From positions 1 through 36,544 of the IMG/VR virus record IMGVR_UViG_3300042997_000106: a stretch of 36,544 bases of DNA; one strand, given 5' to 3'. Below, in pieces: positions 17,951 through 26,682 of this stretch. Numbering within the stretch: the first letter of the stretch is position 1; each line of letters starts with the position of its first letter. The notes under the pieces were generated by a model. The model was not told where the DNA came from. It saw only the letters and a program-made list of their open reading frames with translations, and ran no database searches. Made by a program: the position numbers and the translations under genes. This DNA is from a virus. Its lineage: Duplodnaviria > Caudoviricetes.

Positions 17951-17978
17951 TTTAAAAATAATAGATTTTATCTATTGT
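17951..17978 (-). promoter_or_regulatory. Putative late promoter ACAA-N13-TTATTTTTAAA
   Basis: Same spacing as the other copies; upstream of terS. Confidence 0.6.
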
Positions 17979-18130
17979 TAAATTACTTCCCAATAGTAAT
18001 CACATTGTTCATCTTCAATAGGTGCTTCTGTAAAATACGTTTGTCCGTATTTATTTGGTTCAGCTTTGTATCTATAACAGGTTGATTTCAATTCACAACC
18101 TTGTCCATCGCACATTATTACATCAGGCAT
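17978..18130 (-). CDS. Small Cys4 protein (50 aa, MPDVIMCDGQGCELKSTCYRY...CDYYW)
   Basis: Hand-translated; four Cys suggest metal binding. Confidence 0.6.
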   Translation of the reverse strand: MPDVIMCDGQGCELKSTCYRYKAEPNKYGQTYFTEAPIEDEQCDYYWEVI

Positions 18131-18305
18131 CTTGTTCTTCTATTTCGTTAGACATTTCTATAATAGCATTGTTAAATTGTTTTTCGCTAAAGGTTGCTGT
18201 TATCAATAAACCTTTAAACAGTTGTAAATATTCATCAAGGTTAACATCGTGGTGTTCTGTTTCAATAGTGTATTTGTATCCGTAATTTTCTAATTGTAGT
18301 TTCAT
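18123..18305 (-). CDS. Hypothetical protein (60 aa)
   Basis: Track ORF overlapping its neighbours in a small-gene cluster. Confidence 0.55.
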   Translation of the reverse strand: MKLQLENYGYKYTIETEHHDVNLDEYLQLFKGLLITATFSEKQFNNAIIEMSNEIEEQDA

Positions 18306-18415
18306 TTAAATTTTTCTTTTAGTATTTTTAAATAAATTGTATTTACTGATTCTTTATTGCAACCTCTTTTATAATAGAAGTTCATTACTCTTTGTATTCT
18401 CTGTAAGTTACTCAT
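18302..18415 (-). CDS. Hypothetical protein (37 aa, MSNLQRIQRVMNFYYKRGCNKESVN...)
   Basis: Hand-translated; ATGA overlap with the next ORF. Confidence 0.5.
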   Translation of the reverse strand: MSNLQRIQRVMNFYYKRGCNKESVNTIYLKILKEKFK

Positions 18416-18433
18416 ATCTTAGTTTTTTATTTA

Positions 18434-18622
18434 TTAAAATTCAATATCAGAATTATACCTTGGTGTTACTTTTCTTTCGTAATCATATAACTTTTTATAA
18501 ATTAAATCTTCAATTTCTTTATATTGTTCTAAAGTTATATCTCTTGGATTTGATATTCTAAAAAAAATATCAAAATATTCTGTACCATTTTCGTTTGATA
18601 CAATGTGTTCACTTATTTTCAT
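18434..18622 (-). CDS. Hypothetical protein (62 aa)
   Basis: Track ORF co-oriented with the cluster. Confidence 0.5.
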   Translation of the reverse strand: MKISEHIVSNENGTEYFDIFFRISNPRDITLEQYKEIEDLIYKKLYDYERKVTPRYNSDIEF

Positions 18623-18645
18623 AATAATACTTTATTTTAGGTTTC

Positions 18646-19107
18646 CTAAATAGATTCATATTTTTTATAATATCTTGCTTTTTCGTTAATATTTAAAAAT
18701 GCTTCAAACTTTTCTTTTATATCCTCGTTGTCTAATATTGCTAATAAGCGGTTAATATCTTTGTTTGGTTGTAATTGTTTTATAGTTTCTTTTAGTTTGT
18801 TAATCTCTTGGTCTTTTAGTTGATTTGTTTTTTGTAATGATTCAACAAATAAATCAGGTTTTGTTCCTATTATAGTGTTTTGTAACTCTTGTATTTTTGG
18901 GTTATAGTATTTTACACTTTCATATATTTTTAAGTGGTGTATTATAGTAGCGTGTGTTAAGTTTAATTCTTTTCCTATTTGTGTTAAAGAATATCCTTTT
19001 TGTCTAAATAGAAACGATGCTAATGTTTTCATTTCTACTTGTTCTCTTTTCCTACCTTTTAATGTAACATCAATTCCTGTTTCTTGTTTTATTTTTTCTA
19101 TTATCAT
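18646..19107 (-). CDS. HTH protein resembling DnaA domain IV, plus coiled coil
   Basis: GYSLTQIGKELNLTHATIIHHLK matches the DnaA C-terminal HTH pattern. Confidence 0.65.
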   Translation of the reverse strand: MIIEKIKQETGIDVTLKGRKREQVEMKTLASFLFRQKGYSLTQIGKELNLTHATIIHHLKIYESVKYYNPKIQELQNTIIGTKPDLFVESLQKTNQLKDQEINKLKETIKQLQPNKDINRLLAILDNEDIKEKFEAFLNINEKARYYKKYESI

Positions 19108-19304
19108 AATTTTTCTATTTCTTGTTTTATTTCAAATAAGTACATTGTTTTATCAAATGATTCACTTAAATCACCTGTAATAAATTCTCTTGCAAATTCA
19201 ACTGCTATTAATGCACATTGTTTGGCTTCTAAATTATTATATTCTTTATATAGAATATTATCATATTTATCAAATAACTCTATTGCTTTTTCTTTTGGTT
19301 TCAT
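19104..19304 (-). CDS. Hypothetical protein (KEKAIEL...AKQCALIAV type)
   Basis: Track ORF with ATGA overlaps. Confidence 0.6.
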   Translation of the reverse strand: MKPKEKAIELFDKYDNILYKEYNNLEAKQCALIAVEFAREFITGDLSESFDKTMYLFEIKQEIEKL

Positions 19305-19531
19305 AATTCATCAAATGTTAATTCTAATTCTTTTGGGTTAAATTTATCTATAACTGCAGTAAGTGTTAAAAAGTATGATACCTCTATTGCTAAATGTATA
19401 CCGGCACAAATTTCAAACTGCTCACGTTCTTCATAGTCTTTTAAAATAAGTCGCATACCTTCTAACGATTCACCTTGTGCAATATCGTAAAGTGTCATTG
19501 CAAACGCTTCGTCTTTAGTTACTATTTCCAT
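19301..19531 (-). CDS. Hypothetical protein (76 aa)
   Basis: Track ORF; YEEREQFEICAGI pattern. Confidence 0.6.
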   Translation of the reverse strand: MEIVTKDEAFAMTLYDIAQGESLEGMRLILKDYEEREQFEICAGIHLAIEVSYFLTLTAVIDKFNPKELELTFDEL

Positions 19532-19542
19532 TTTAAATTATA

Positions 19543-20307
19543 TTACAATACTCCTCTTAATACATATTGGTCAAGGTCTACTCCTTCTGTTTGAAAAAAG
19601 TATTTATAATTACTTACACCTTGCTCAAACTTTTGTTTGCCTTTCTCGTAAAATTCATCGCTACATTCAAAGATAGCAATATCTAAACTGCCTTTGTCAA
19701 TAGCTATAAATATAAAGTTATCTACTCCAAACATTTCACGATATAACCACGCTTGTAAATCGTAAGAATATTTGTCTGCTGAATATCTAAAGTCTTTAAT
19801 ACCTGTTGTGGTTTTTAAATCTATAATAGTATTACCTTTTAATATATCTGCTTTTGCTCTTATAGGTATTCCATCAATCATTGCTATTTGTGGCATTTCA
19901 AATTCTGCATTGGTTAAGTATTCTTTTACTGCTTCATTTCTTAATAACGCATCGCATAAACGTTCAGCAGCTTTCTTTTCAGTTTTAGTGTAAACCTCTT
20001 TTCCTGTTTCTTTTGCGAGTTTATATTCCTTTGATGCTTTTGTTGCTGCATCTACAAATATAATATCATCTAACTTTTCAGGTTCTAATATCATTGTATG
20101 GAATAATTTACCATCACGCAAGGCTTGAGTTTCACCACTTCCGTATTTAGTTGTAAAATAATACGTTTTAGGTGAATTAATTAATGTTTTAATACTTGAA
20201 CTACTTAAAGCGTTTTGTCCTAAATATCCATAGTAAAAACTATCATCGTGCATTTCAGCTAATAGTTCTTCTTTAGTCCATTGTTTGTTATCAAATGTTG
20301 TTATCAT
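19543..20307 (-). CDS. PD-(D/E)XK exonuclease (Exo VIII/RecE-like)
   Basis: LSSSSIK, G.LFH..ILEP, AKAD, IIDLKTT, YDLQA..Y motifs. Confidence 0.85.
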   Translation of the reverse strand: MITTFDNKQWTKEELLAEMHDDSFYYGYLGQNALSSSSIKTLINSPKTYYFTTKYGSGETQALRDGKLFHTMILEPEKLDDIIFVDAATKASKEYKLAKETGKEVYTKTEKKAAERLCDALLRNEAVKEYLTNAEFEMPQIAMIDGIPIRAKADILKGNTIIDLKTTTGIKDFRYSADKYSYDLQAWLYREMFGVDNFIFIAIDKGSLDIAIFECSDEFYEKGKQKFEQGVSNYKYFFQTEGVDLDQYVLRGVL

Positions 20308-20501
20308 AATCCTTTTTCTTTTTTAAATATTTCTAATAGTTCTGTTATTGTAAATTGTCCTACAGGTTTGTCATCTGTGTCAATAACCCAATTCGCAAAC
20401 TCAATAGCGTAATCGTCTGCTATTTTTACACATTCATCTCTTAATTCTTCGCTTGATATTTTAGCAAATGCTAATTCTAAAAACTTTTCTTTTAGTGTCA
20501 T
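20304..20501 (-). CDS. Hypothetical protein (65 aa)
   Basis: Track ORF in the early small-gene cluster. Confidence 0.6.
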   Translation of the reverse strand: MTLKEKFLELAFAKISSEELRDECVKIADDYAIEFANWVIDTDDKPVGQFTITELLEIFKKEKGL

Positions 20502-20504
20502 ATC

Positions 20505-20732
20505 TTATTTGTTAAATGTTTCGTTAAATAAAGTAGTTGCATACATTCTTGAAGCATTATCAAAAATTAAATTACTTCTTTTTGCTCTTTGTTTGTACCC
20601 TTCAATAAAGCATTCTAATTTTTCTTGCTTTTCCATTTCTTTGGCTTGTTGAATTTCTTCATCTGTTACTACTTGAGCAAATCCTTTTTTATTTAGTTGA
20701 CTAACCAACCATTCTACTGCTGTTTGTTTCAT
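20505..20732 (-). CDS. Hypothetical protein (MKQTAVEWL...QAKEMEK type)
   Basis: Track ORF. Confidence 0.6.
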   Translation of the reverse strand: MKQTAVEWLVSQLNKKGFAQVVTDEEIQQAKEMEKQEKLECFIEGYKQRAKRSNLIFDNASRMYATTLFNETFNK

Positions 20733-20733
20733 A

Positions 20734-20940
20734 TTATCTTATTGTTATTGCGTTTAAATTGTTAAATGTTTCTTCTTCTCTTAATACTTCTCTAATCTGG
20801 TCGTAATATAAATCTGATTCGTTCCATTCTTTTAGTAGAAGTTCTTTAATGTTATGAAGTTTATTCTTCATATATACATTGTCTAAATCCTTGCTTAATT
20901 GTATAAGGTTTTCTAATTCTTTTATTATTTCTGTTTTCAT
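20734..20940 (-). CDS. Hypothetical protein (68 aa)
   Basis: Track ORF. Confidence 0.55.
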   Translation of the reverse strand: MKTEIIKELENLIQLSKDLDNVYMKNKLHNIKELLLKEWNESDLYYDQIREVLREEETFNNLNAITIR

Positions 20941-20950
20941 AATGTTTATT

Positions 20951-21109
20951 TTAAATTTCTATTTGTAATAAAACGATAGCTACAATAATCATAGCAAAAA
21001 CAATCCACCAATCTTTTGAAAGAGGTTTTATTTCAGATTCTTTATGTCTTTTAAAATCTACGCAAATCCAAATTAAAAATGCACCTATTATGTTTAATAT
21101 AATTTCCAT
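20951..21109 (-). CDS. Small membrane protein (52 aa, two hydrophobic segments)
   Basis: Hand translation MEIILNIIGAFLIWICVDF...WWIVFAMIIVAIVLLQIEI. Confidence 0.55.
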   Translation of the reverse strand: MEIILNIIGAFLIWICVDFKRHKESEIKPLSKDWWIVFAMIIVAIVLLQIEI

Positions 21110-21116
21110 ATCTTAA

Positions 21117-21272
21117 TTAAAATATTTGTTCTATTGCTCTAATTTTTACTAATCTTTTTTCTTCTCTAAACTTTGTAAATGCTTCATCAAAGTTATAAGC
21201 CATAATGTCTTGTTCAAAGTCGATACAATCGTTTCCTGTTTCTCGCCAGTAAAATACTCTAAATGTTTTCAT
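21117..21272 (-). CDS. Hypothetical protein (51 aa, MKTFRVFYW...)
   Basis: Likely start 21272, downstream of the -7 box at 21297-21304. Confidence 0.6.
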   Translation of the reverse strand: MKTFRVFYWRETGNDCIDFEQDIMAYNFDEAFTKFREEKRLVKIRAIEQIF

Positions 21273-21296
21273 ATTGTTTTGTTTTAAATTGTTTAG

Positions 21297-21346
21297 CAAA
21301 TATAATAATTATTTTTTACTTATTAACATATTAACAAATAATTAAC
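21297..21346 (-). promoter_or_regulatory. Host-type promoter (-7 TATATTTG) with GTTAA-N6-GTTAA box at 21331-21346
   Basis: Consensus -7 box directly downstream of a terminator. Confidence 0.7.
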
Positions 21347-21374
21347 AAAAAAAAAGGTAAGCGTTAACTTACCT
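21347..21374 (-). terminator. Intrinsic terminator
   Basis: AGGTAAGT-loop-GCTTACCT + T tract. Confidence 0.8.
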
Positions 21375-21581
21375 GTATCTTTCTTTTATCATTCCTTCCC
21401 TTGCCCTTTCAAGTAAACCCTCTTTTGTTATTGGGTAGCCTTTATAAACTTCTTGTAAATTACATTGTATATCTTCACCATCTACAATAGACTTCATTAC
21501 ATACCTTATATGTTTAACACCATCTATTTCTATAATATAGTGTTCAAAACTTGTTACCTCTATTTTTGATTTTCTATCCAT
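21369..21581 (-). CDS. Hypothetical protein (70 aa)
   Basis: Track ORF ending in the terminator. Confidence 0.55.
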   Translation of the reverse strand: MDRKSKIEVTSFEHYIIEIDGVKHIRYVMKSIVDGEDIQCNLQEVYKGYPITKEGLLERAREGMIKERYR

Positions 21582-21790
21582 TGTTCCTGAAGTTTCTCGT
21601 GGTGTTCTATTTCACGCTGTAAATAGTTTAATGCTTTACGCAAGTCATCAAGTTCATTATCTTTTTTACCTGCTCTACAAATATATTTTAGAACATTAAA
21701 CCTTGAAAAATTTAAATTATAATCGTAAGCTACATCTATTAAGTCATAGTTCTTACCATTATTATAATGTAGTGGTGTTATTTTGCTCAT
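21560..21790 (-). CDS. DUF3310/SaV-like protein
   Basis: P.HY...IDV...F...NVLKYI.RAGKK...DLRKA..YL.REI pattern. Confidence 0.8.
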   Translation of the reverse strand: MSKITPLHYNNGKNYDLIDVAYDYNLNFSRFNVLKYICRAGKKDNELDDLRKALNYLQREIEHHEKLQEQWIENQK

Positions 21791-22292
21791 AATTTTTTAT
21801 TCTATTATTATTTCCTTTTAACTTTTCTCTTATTTTATCTTTTGTTTCTTGTGTTAATTTAGTTCCTAACATACGATTTTTTGAATCTATCTTTGGAGTT
21901 TCAATTATTTTATCAATAGTCCAACCAAGCCTTAATCTTTTATTAAAAGTATTTCTATTTATATTATACTTTTCACACAATTCAACTAACAATAATTTTT
22001 CATTGTTATATTCGAAATATCTATTTCTACTTGTATTTCTTGTTTGTTGTTGTCTTGTTGACCATTTACAATTGTCAGGAGAATAACCTTTTAAATTATC
22101 AATTCTATCTATTTCTAAACCAAGTTCCCAATTATTAGCAATTGACCAATTATAAAAATTAATAAAACTTAACCATTCATCACAAACAAATATACCAATA
22201 TATCTTTTATGTTTATTGGCTCTTTGAGTCATATTATTCCACGTTCTGTAGAGTGGATGTTTGCTTAAATTATGTGTTTCCATATTAATCAA
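21762..22292 (-). CDS. Free-standing HNH-type homing endonuclease with NUMOD3-like C-terminus
   Basis: LYRTW..M..R, VCDEW, IDRIDN.KGYSPDNCKW.T..QQ.RN; GTKLTQETKDKIREKLKG. Confidence 0.75.
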   Translation of the reverse strand: MINMETHNLSKHPLYRTWNNMTQRANKHKRYIGIFVCDEWLSFINFYNWSIANNWELGLEIDRIDNLKGYSPDNCKWSTRQQQTRNTSRNRYFEYNNEKLLLVELCEKYNINRNTFNKRLRLGWTIDKIIETPKIDSKNRMLGTKLTQETKDKIREKLKGNNNRIKNYEQNNTTTL

Positions 22293-22635
22293 TCTTTAAA
22301 AATTCTGCCTCTGAATATTCTTTAAACCATTCTTTGTTCTCGTTGTATTTTTCAATAACTGCATCAATCATAATTAACTCATCTAAAGTTGAGGTTGTTA
22401 ATTTAGTAACTAAACTTTCTATCTTGTTTAAAATGTTTGTAGTCATTTCAGGGTCGGTTTTATATACACTTGCATATTCTTTATTTACGACACTTTCTAA
22501 ATCCTTGTTAAGCAAGTTTATTCTATTCTTAATTTGTTGCTTGTATTGCACTGTAAAGCGTAAATTCTCGTTGCATTCTAATAGTAACTGCGAAAGTATT
22601 ACTTGTTTTAAATATTCTAATTGTATTGAGTTCAT
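22285..22635 (-). CDS. Hypothetical helical protein (116 aa)
   Basis: Track ORF with overlaps. Confidence 0.6.
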   Translation of the reverse strand: MNSIQLEYLKQVILSQLLLECNENLRFTVQYKQQIKNRINLLNKDLESVVNKEYASVYKTDPEMTTNILNKIESLVTKLTTSTLDELIMIDAVIEKYNENKEWFKEYSEAEFLKID

Positions 22636-23030
22636 TGTTTTATTATGTTTTCGTTTTGTATTGTTAAATATGTTACTTCTTTTTCTATTCTTTGTGTGTT
22701 ATAAAAATGTGTTGTAGCAGGATTCTTATTATTAGTTTCCCAAATTGGTTCTATCTTTAATAAATTCCAGATATATATTCCTTTGGGTGTTGAGTTAACA
22801 TAAATAGGTATATCTAAATGTTTCTCGCATTCCTGTAACATAGCATCGTATTTCTTTTTTTCTAAAAGCATTTCGTTAAAATGTCTTGTTCTGCATTTTA
22901 ATTCTATACGATGTTTGTATTTAGGTGAATAGCAATCCCATCTTGACATTTGGTTTTTTGATTTAACCAAGTCTTTATAAATGTTTTCTTGCAACCAAAG
23001 GAATAAATCCTGCTCATTCCAATTAATCAT
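22632..23030 (-). CDS. PD-(D/E)XK nuclease-like protein
   Basis: WDC...IELKCR motif. Confidence 0.6.
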   Translation of the reverse strand: MINWNEQDLFLWLQENIYKDLVKSKNQMSRWDCYSPKYKHRIELKCRTRHFNEMLLEKKKYDAMLQECEKHLDIPIYVNSTPKGIYIWNLLKIEPIWETNNKNPATTHFYNTQRIEKEVTYLTIQNENIIKQ

Positions 23031-23394
23031 TCTGTGCGTCGTAAACTTGTTTTAATTCGTTTATCTTATCTCGCCAACACGAACCACAATTTGATGGATT
23101 TATGTGTTGATTAAATACATTTTTATAAATTTCAGTAATACTTGCTTGTTGTTTAATCGTTAACTGCTCATTTGTAGTTGCAAAGAAATTTGTTAAATAT
23201 TCTTTATCTGCATCGTTTAAACATTCTGTTTGCTTGTAAGGAAATATCTTATTTAGTAATTCCTTTCTACCATCGCAGCCACAATCTATTCCTGTAGCTT
23301 CTGAAATAGCATCAACTACTTTTTTAATTCCTGTTGCTTTTGTAACACTTTCTATTGTGTCGCCTAATCCTTTTGGTTTTCTACCTCTTGCCAT
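23023..23394 (-). CDS. Zinc-binding protein (DCGC...CGSC)
   Basis: GLGDTIE..TKATGIK, CGC, CxxC. Confidence 0.65.
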   Translation of the reverse strand: MARGRKPKGLGDTIESVTKATGIKKVVDAISEATGIDCGCDGRKELLNKIFPYKQTECLNDADKEYLTNFFATTNEQLTIKQQASITEIYKNVFNQHINPSNCGSCWRDKINELKQVYDAQND

Positions 23395-23398
23395 AATG

Positions 23399-23920
23399 TT
23401 AAAGTTTTAAGTTATCGTAATCGTCTTGTAATAATCTTTTTAGTTTTTGCTTATTAGCTTTTAACGTGTGGAATATAGATACAAAACTTATTCCGGTTTC
23501 TTTTGCTAATTTTCTTATTGAGGTTTTATTATCCCTATATAAAGTAAATAGCTTTTTATCGTACCATTCCCAACTGTTAACTTCTTGCTCTGCTTTTATC
23601 CTGAAGTCGTTCCATTCGTTTTCTTTTTCTTCTGAATAGTCATCTATTAAGTTATAAATTTCATCATTCAGTTCACATTTGTCAATTCTTTTCCTAATGT
23701 TATGAAGCTGAAAATGTATGTTTCTTATTATGATAAAACAATATCCTCTGTTAACTTTACCATTGGTGAACATTTGCTCATCTGTTACGTTGTATTTGTG
23801 TAAAAGCAAATAAAATTCTTGAACAATATCCTCTGCCCATTCTTTATCAAACACTCCAGCGAGTTCTACCCAGTCTTTATGATAAACTGCAACCCGTTCT
23901 AATATTGATTTGTTTCCCAT
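23399..23920 (-). CDS. RNA polymerase sigma-70/ECF-like factor (candidate late sigma)
   Basis: Region-2-like AEDIVQEFYL and region-4 HTH SIRKLAKETGISFVSIFHTLK; likely start 23920. Confidence 0.7.
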   Translation of the reverse strand: MGNKSILERVAVYHKDWVELAGVFDKEWAEDIVQEFYLLLHKYNVTDEQMFTNGKVNRGYCFIIIRNIHFQLHNIRKRIDKCELNDEIYNLIDDYSEEKENEWNDFRIKAEQEVNSWEWYDKKLFTLYRDNKTSIRKLAKETGISFVSIFHTLKANKQKLKRLLQDDYDNLKL

Positions 23921-24123
23921 AATATGTTTATGCTTAATATTCCTACTAATATCTGCAACGTGTGCCATTTTTCGCCATCAACTTCTTCTACATCGTATAA
24001 ACAACCAAACATAAAACCCTTAATAGATGCTATCTGTATATCTTTGCCCGTTCTATGTGACCATACTAAAGTAATAGCTAACAAAAATAATATTAAAGAA
24101 AAAAATAAAAGAATGTATATCAT
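23899..24123 (-). CDS. Small membrane protein (74 aa)
   Basis: N-terminal hydrophobic helix. Confidence 0.6.
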   Translation of the reverse strand: MIYILLFFSLILFLLAITLVWSHRTGKDIQIASIKGFMFGCLYDVEEVDGEKWHTLQILVGILSINILWETNQY

Positions 24124-24124
24124 A

Positions 24125-24778
24125 TTAAAATAATTTAGTTTGGTTAGTGTGGTTTATTATTCTTTGTATTGCTTTATCGTAATACTCTTTATCCAATTCA
24201 CAAGCTGTTAAATTAAATCTGTAATCGTGACAAGCTATTGCTATACTTCCACTTCCTAAATGTGTGTCGAGTATTTTGTCGTTTTCTTTTGCATATTTAT
24301 CTAATATCCATTTGTAAAGTTCAAAAGGTTTGGCAGTTGGATGGAATTTCTCTATTGCTGTATTATTTGATTTTATACAACTTGCTCTACTAAATTCAAA
24401 TATTCTCATAGCTTTATTAAAAGAAGTCCAAGCCATTTCACCATCTGCTAAAGAAAAATCTCTTTGTCCTTTATCCCAAATTATCCAACCCATTGATGGT
24501 TGTAAATGTTCAGTCATATAATTACCTCCCCATATAATTTGATTTTTAGAAACTCGTTTAAGTTCTTTAAAATATTCTGCAGTTGGTATACAACTATCCC
24601 AGTCACTGTCTTTATATTTTTTATAACCAAATTGTTCGCCTCCATTATTTTGAGCTTTGTCTGCTCCAATCCCATAAGGTGGGTCTACAATAGCTAAATC
24701 AAAATAGTTATCAGGATAACGTTTCATCAATTCCATATTATCCTCATTAGTAATTTTTATTTTATCTGTTACTTTCAT
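24125..24778 (-). CDS. DNA N6-adenine/N4-cytosine methyltransferase, beta class, paralog 1
   Basis: Motif IV DPPY precedes motif I DTHLGSGS; HPT.KP; ELD..YY. Confidence 0.92.
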   Translation of the reverse strand: MKVTDKIKITNEDNMELMKRYPDNYFDLAIVDPPYGIGADKAQNNGGEQFGYKKYKDSDWDSCIPTAEYFKELKRVSKNQIIWGGNYMTEHLQPSMGWIIWDKGQRDFSLADGEMAWTSFNKAMRIFEFSRASCIKSNNTAIEKFHPTAKPFELYKWILDKYAKENDKILDTHLGSGSIAIACHDYRFNLTACELDKEYYDKAIQRIINHTNQTKLF

Positions 24779-24780
24779 AA

Positions 24781-25077
24781 CTAATAAAGTTTAGCAGTTA
24801 TCTTTGCTACCTTTTGTTCTATTGCAGGTTTTAAACTTATTCTAATATCAACATCAGTTAACTCATTATCCTGCTTTAAAATTGATTTATATGCGTTCTC
24901 AATACTTTGCCAATCTAAAACAGAATCAACCTGTAATAATTCCTCAATCATTTGTAGCTTAAAAGTAACATCTTTAAAGTAAGATAATAATTCAGGGTTA
25001 TCAGAATTGTAAACTAACATTCTTGCAGTTGAAACTTGTAACGCTTGTAAATGATTTTTAATAGTTAAATTTTCCAT
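24781..25077 (-). CDS. Hypothetical protein (98 aa)
   Basis: Track ORF; -7 box TAAATTTG (25082-25089) 4 nt before the ATG. Confidence 0.6.
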   Translation of the reverse strand: MENLTIKNHLQALQVSTARMLVYNSDNPELLSYFKDVTFKLQMIEELLQVDSVLDWQSIENAYKSILKQDNELTDVDIRISLKPAIEQKVAKITAKLY

Positions 25078-25100
25078 AGTTCAAATTTATTAATAAGTTA

Positions 25101-25952
25101 TTAACATTTTATATCTTTTAGTATATCATATAAATCACCTTCAACTTGCGGTAAACCAAAATTGTTTACTTTAAAGTTAAAATCTTCAAAACTTGCGTTT
25201 CTACTTCTTTTACAACTTACTTTAACAAGTTCTTTATTTACTGTATTTAGTTCTAATTGTATTTGTGTTTCTGCTTTCTTTTCCAAGAACGATCCTAAAT
25301 GTCCTGTTGGTTTATCAGTTCCAAAGTTTGAGTGAATAACTGTCACTATGTGACAATTCAATTCTTTTGACCAACGCATTAAATGTTGTGCTACTTCACT
25401 TGCTTGTTCTATACTATTCACATCGGAACATAAATCTGCAATACCATCTATAATAACTAATCCAATATCTTTGCCTTCTAATTTATCGTAAAGTATATAT
25501 TCAATAAATAAAACTCGTTCTTTAAATCCTAATTGTCTTAATGCGTAAGTATGGTATTTATCATCTTTTAAACCTGTCATTTGTAATGGTCTTTTAAAAA
25601 CCATTGAAGCGTGAAAATTTCCTTGCTCGGTGTCAAAATGAATAACGTGTTTATCTTGCCTGTTACCTCTTAATTTACCACCAAAGCCCTGTAACTCATT
25701 TTTCATATAAACTGCGCTTAAAAGCGATATAAAGAACGTTTTTTTTGATTTAGGTGGTGCTTGAATAAAACTAAAGTTACCATAAGTACCAATAGGAATT
25801 GGATATGTTTTATAACCATCTTTTGTTTCGTATTCTTTTTCACCAAAAGACAAAGCAGGTATTGGATATTCTATTTCTTTTTCAGGGTTAATGTAGCAAT
25901 CTTCTTCAAGCACTTGCATCATCATTCTATTGATTGTTTCTTGTTCTGTCAT
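25101..25952 (-). CDS. AAA_25/RepA-like P-loop ATPase (helicase)
   Basis: Degenerate Walker A APPKSKKT, DTEQG, Walker B LVIIDG, VIH, GHLGS. Confidence 0.8.
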   Translation of the reverse strand: MTEQETINRMMMQVLEEDCYINPEKEIEYPIPALSFGEKEYETKDGYKTYPIPIGTYGNFSFIQAPPKSKKTFFISLLSAVYMKNELQGFGGKLRGNRQDKHVIHFDTEQGNFHASMVFKRPLQMTGLKDDKYHTYALRQLGFKERVLFIEYILYDKLEGKDIGLVIIDGIADLCSDVNSIEQASEVAQHLMRWSKELNCHIVTVIHSNFGTDKPTGHLGSFLEKKAETQIQLELNTVNKELVKVSCKRSRNASFEDFNFKVNNFGLPQVEGDLYDILKDIKC

Positions 25953-26636
25953 TTAAAATAACTTTTGTTGTGATACGTGGTTTTTAATTCTTTGTATTGC
26001 TTTGTCGTAGTATTCTTTGTCAAGTTCACAAGCAGTTAGTTCAAATCCGTAATCGTGACAAGCTATTGCTATTGAACCTGAGCCTAAATGTGTATCAAGT
26101 ATTTTATCGTTTTCTTTGGCGTAAGTTTTAAGCAACCAAGAATATAACTGTACAGGTTTTTGAGTTGGATGTGTTTTCTTTTCTTTTTGTGGATTATTTA
26201 AATATCCAAACCCTATCCAATCATAAGTAAATCTTCTTAATACACAATCAAAAGAAGTCCAAGCAAGTTCTCCATCTGAAAAATTAGGGTTGTTTGCATT
26301 TGTAATTTTTTTATCCCAAAATATCCATCCCTTTTTTGGTTTTAATAAATCTGCAAAATAATTACCACCCCAAATAATTTGATTTTTTGAAACTCTTTGA
26401 AGTTCAATAAAATACTCATCATTTGGTCTTTCATTATCCCATCCTTTTTTTTCGTGGTTTTGTTTCATTGCAAATCCTTTTTTCTTTCCACTTTTTGCTA
26501 ATACGGTTGTATTTCCATCAAAACCAATTCCATAAGGCGGGTCTACAATAGCTAAATCAAAATAGTTATCAGGGTAACGTGCCATTAAAAGCATATTATC
26601 CTCGTTCGTTATTGTTATCTTATCTGTTATTTCCAT
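25953..26636 (-). CDS. DNA N6-adenine/N4-cytosine methyltransferase, beta class, paralog 2
   Basis: DPPY, WGGNYF, HPTQKP, DTHLGSGS. Confidence 0.92.
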   Translation of the reverse strand: MEITDKITITNEDNMLLMARYPDNYFDLAIVDPPYGIGFDGNTTVLAKSGKKKGFAMKQNHEKKGWDNERPNDEYFIELQRVSKNQIIWGGNYFADLLKPKKGWIFWDKKITNANNPNFSDGELAWTSFDCVLRRFTYDWIGFGYLNNPQKEKKTHPTQKPVQLYSWLLKTYAKENDKILDTHLGSGSIAIACHDYGFELTACELDKEYYDKAIQRIKNHVSQQKLF

Positions 26637-26649
26637 AATTGTTTAATTT

Positions 26650-26675
26650 AAAAAAGGGTAGCTTTTACACTACCC
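26650..26675 (-). terminator. Intrinsic terminator after ssb
   Basis: GGGTAGT-loop-GCTACCC + T6. Confidence 0.85.
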
Positions 26676-26682
26676 AATTAAT

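Noticed and set aside
18413-21115. TAAGATATG before three small ORFs (starts 18415, 20501, 21109)
   Set aside because: Short and AT-rich; adequately explained as a stop/start translation context.
21762-22292. Group I intron around the HNH gene
   Set aside because: Flanking ORFs appear complete and overlap the HNH ORF, leaving no room for intron core structure.
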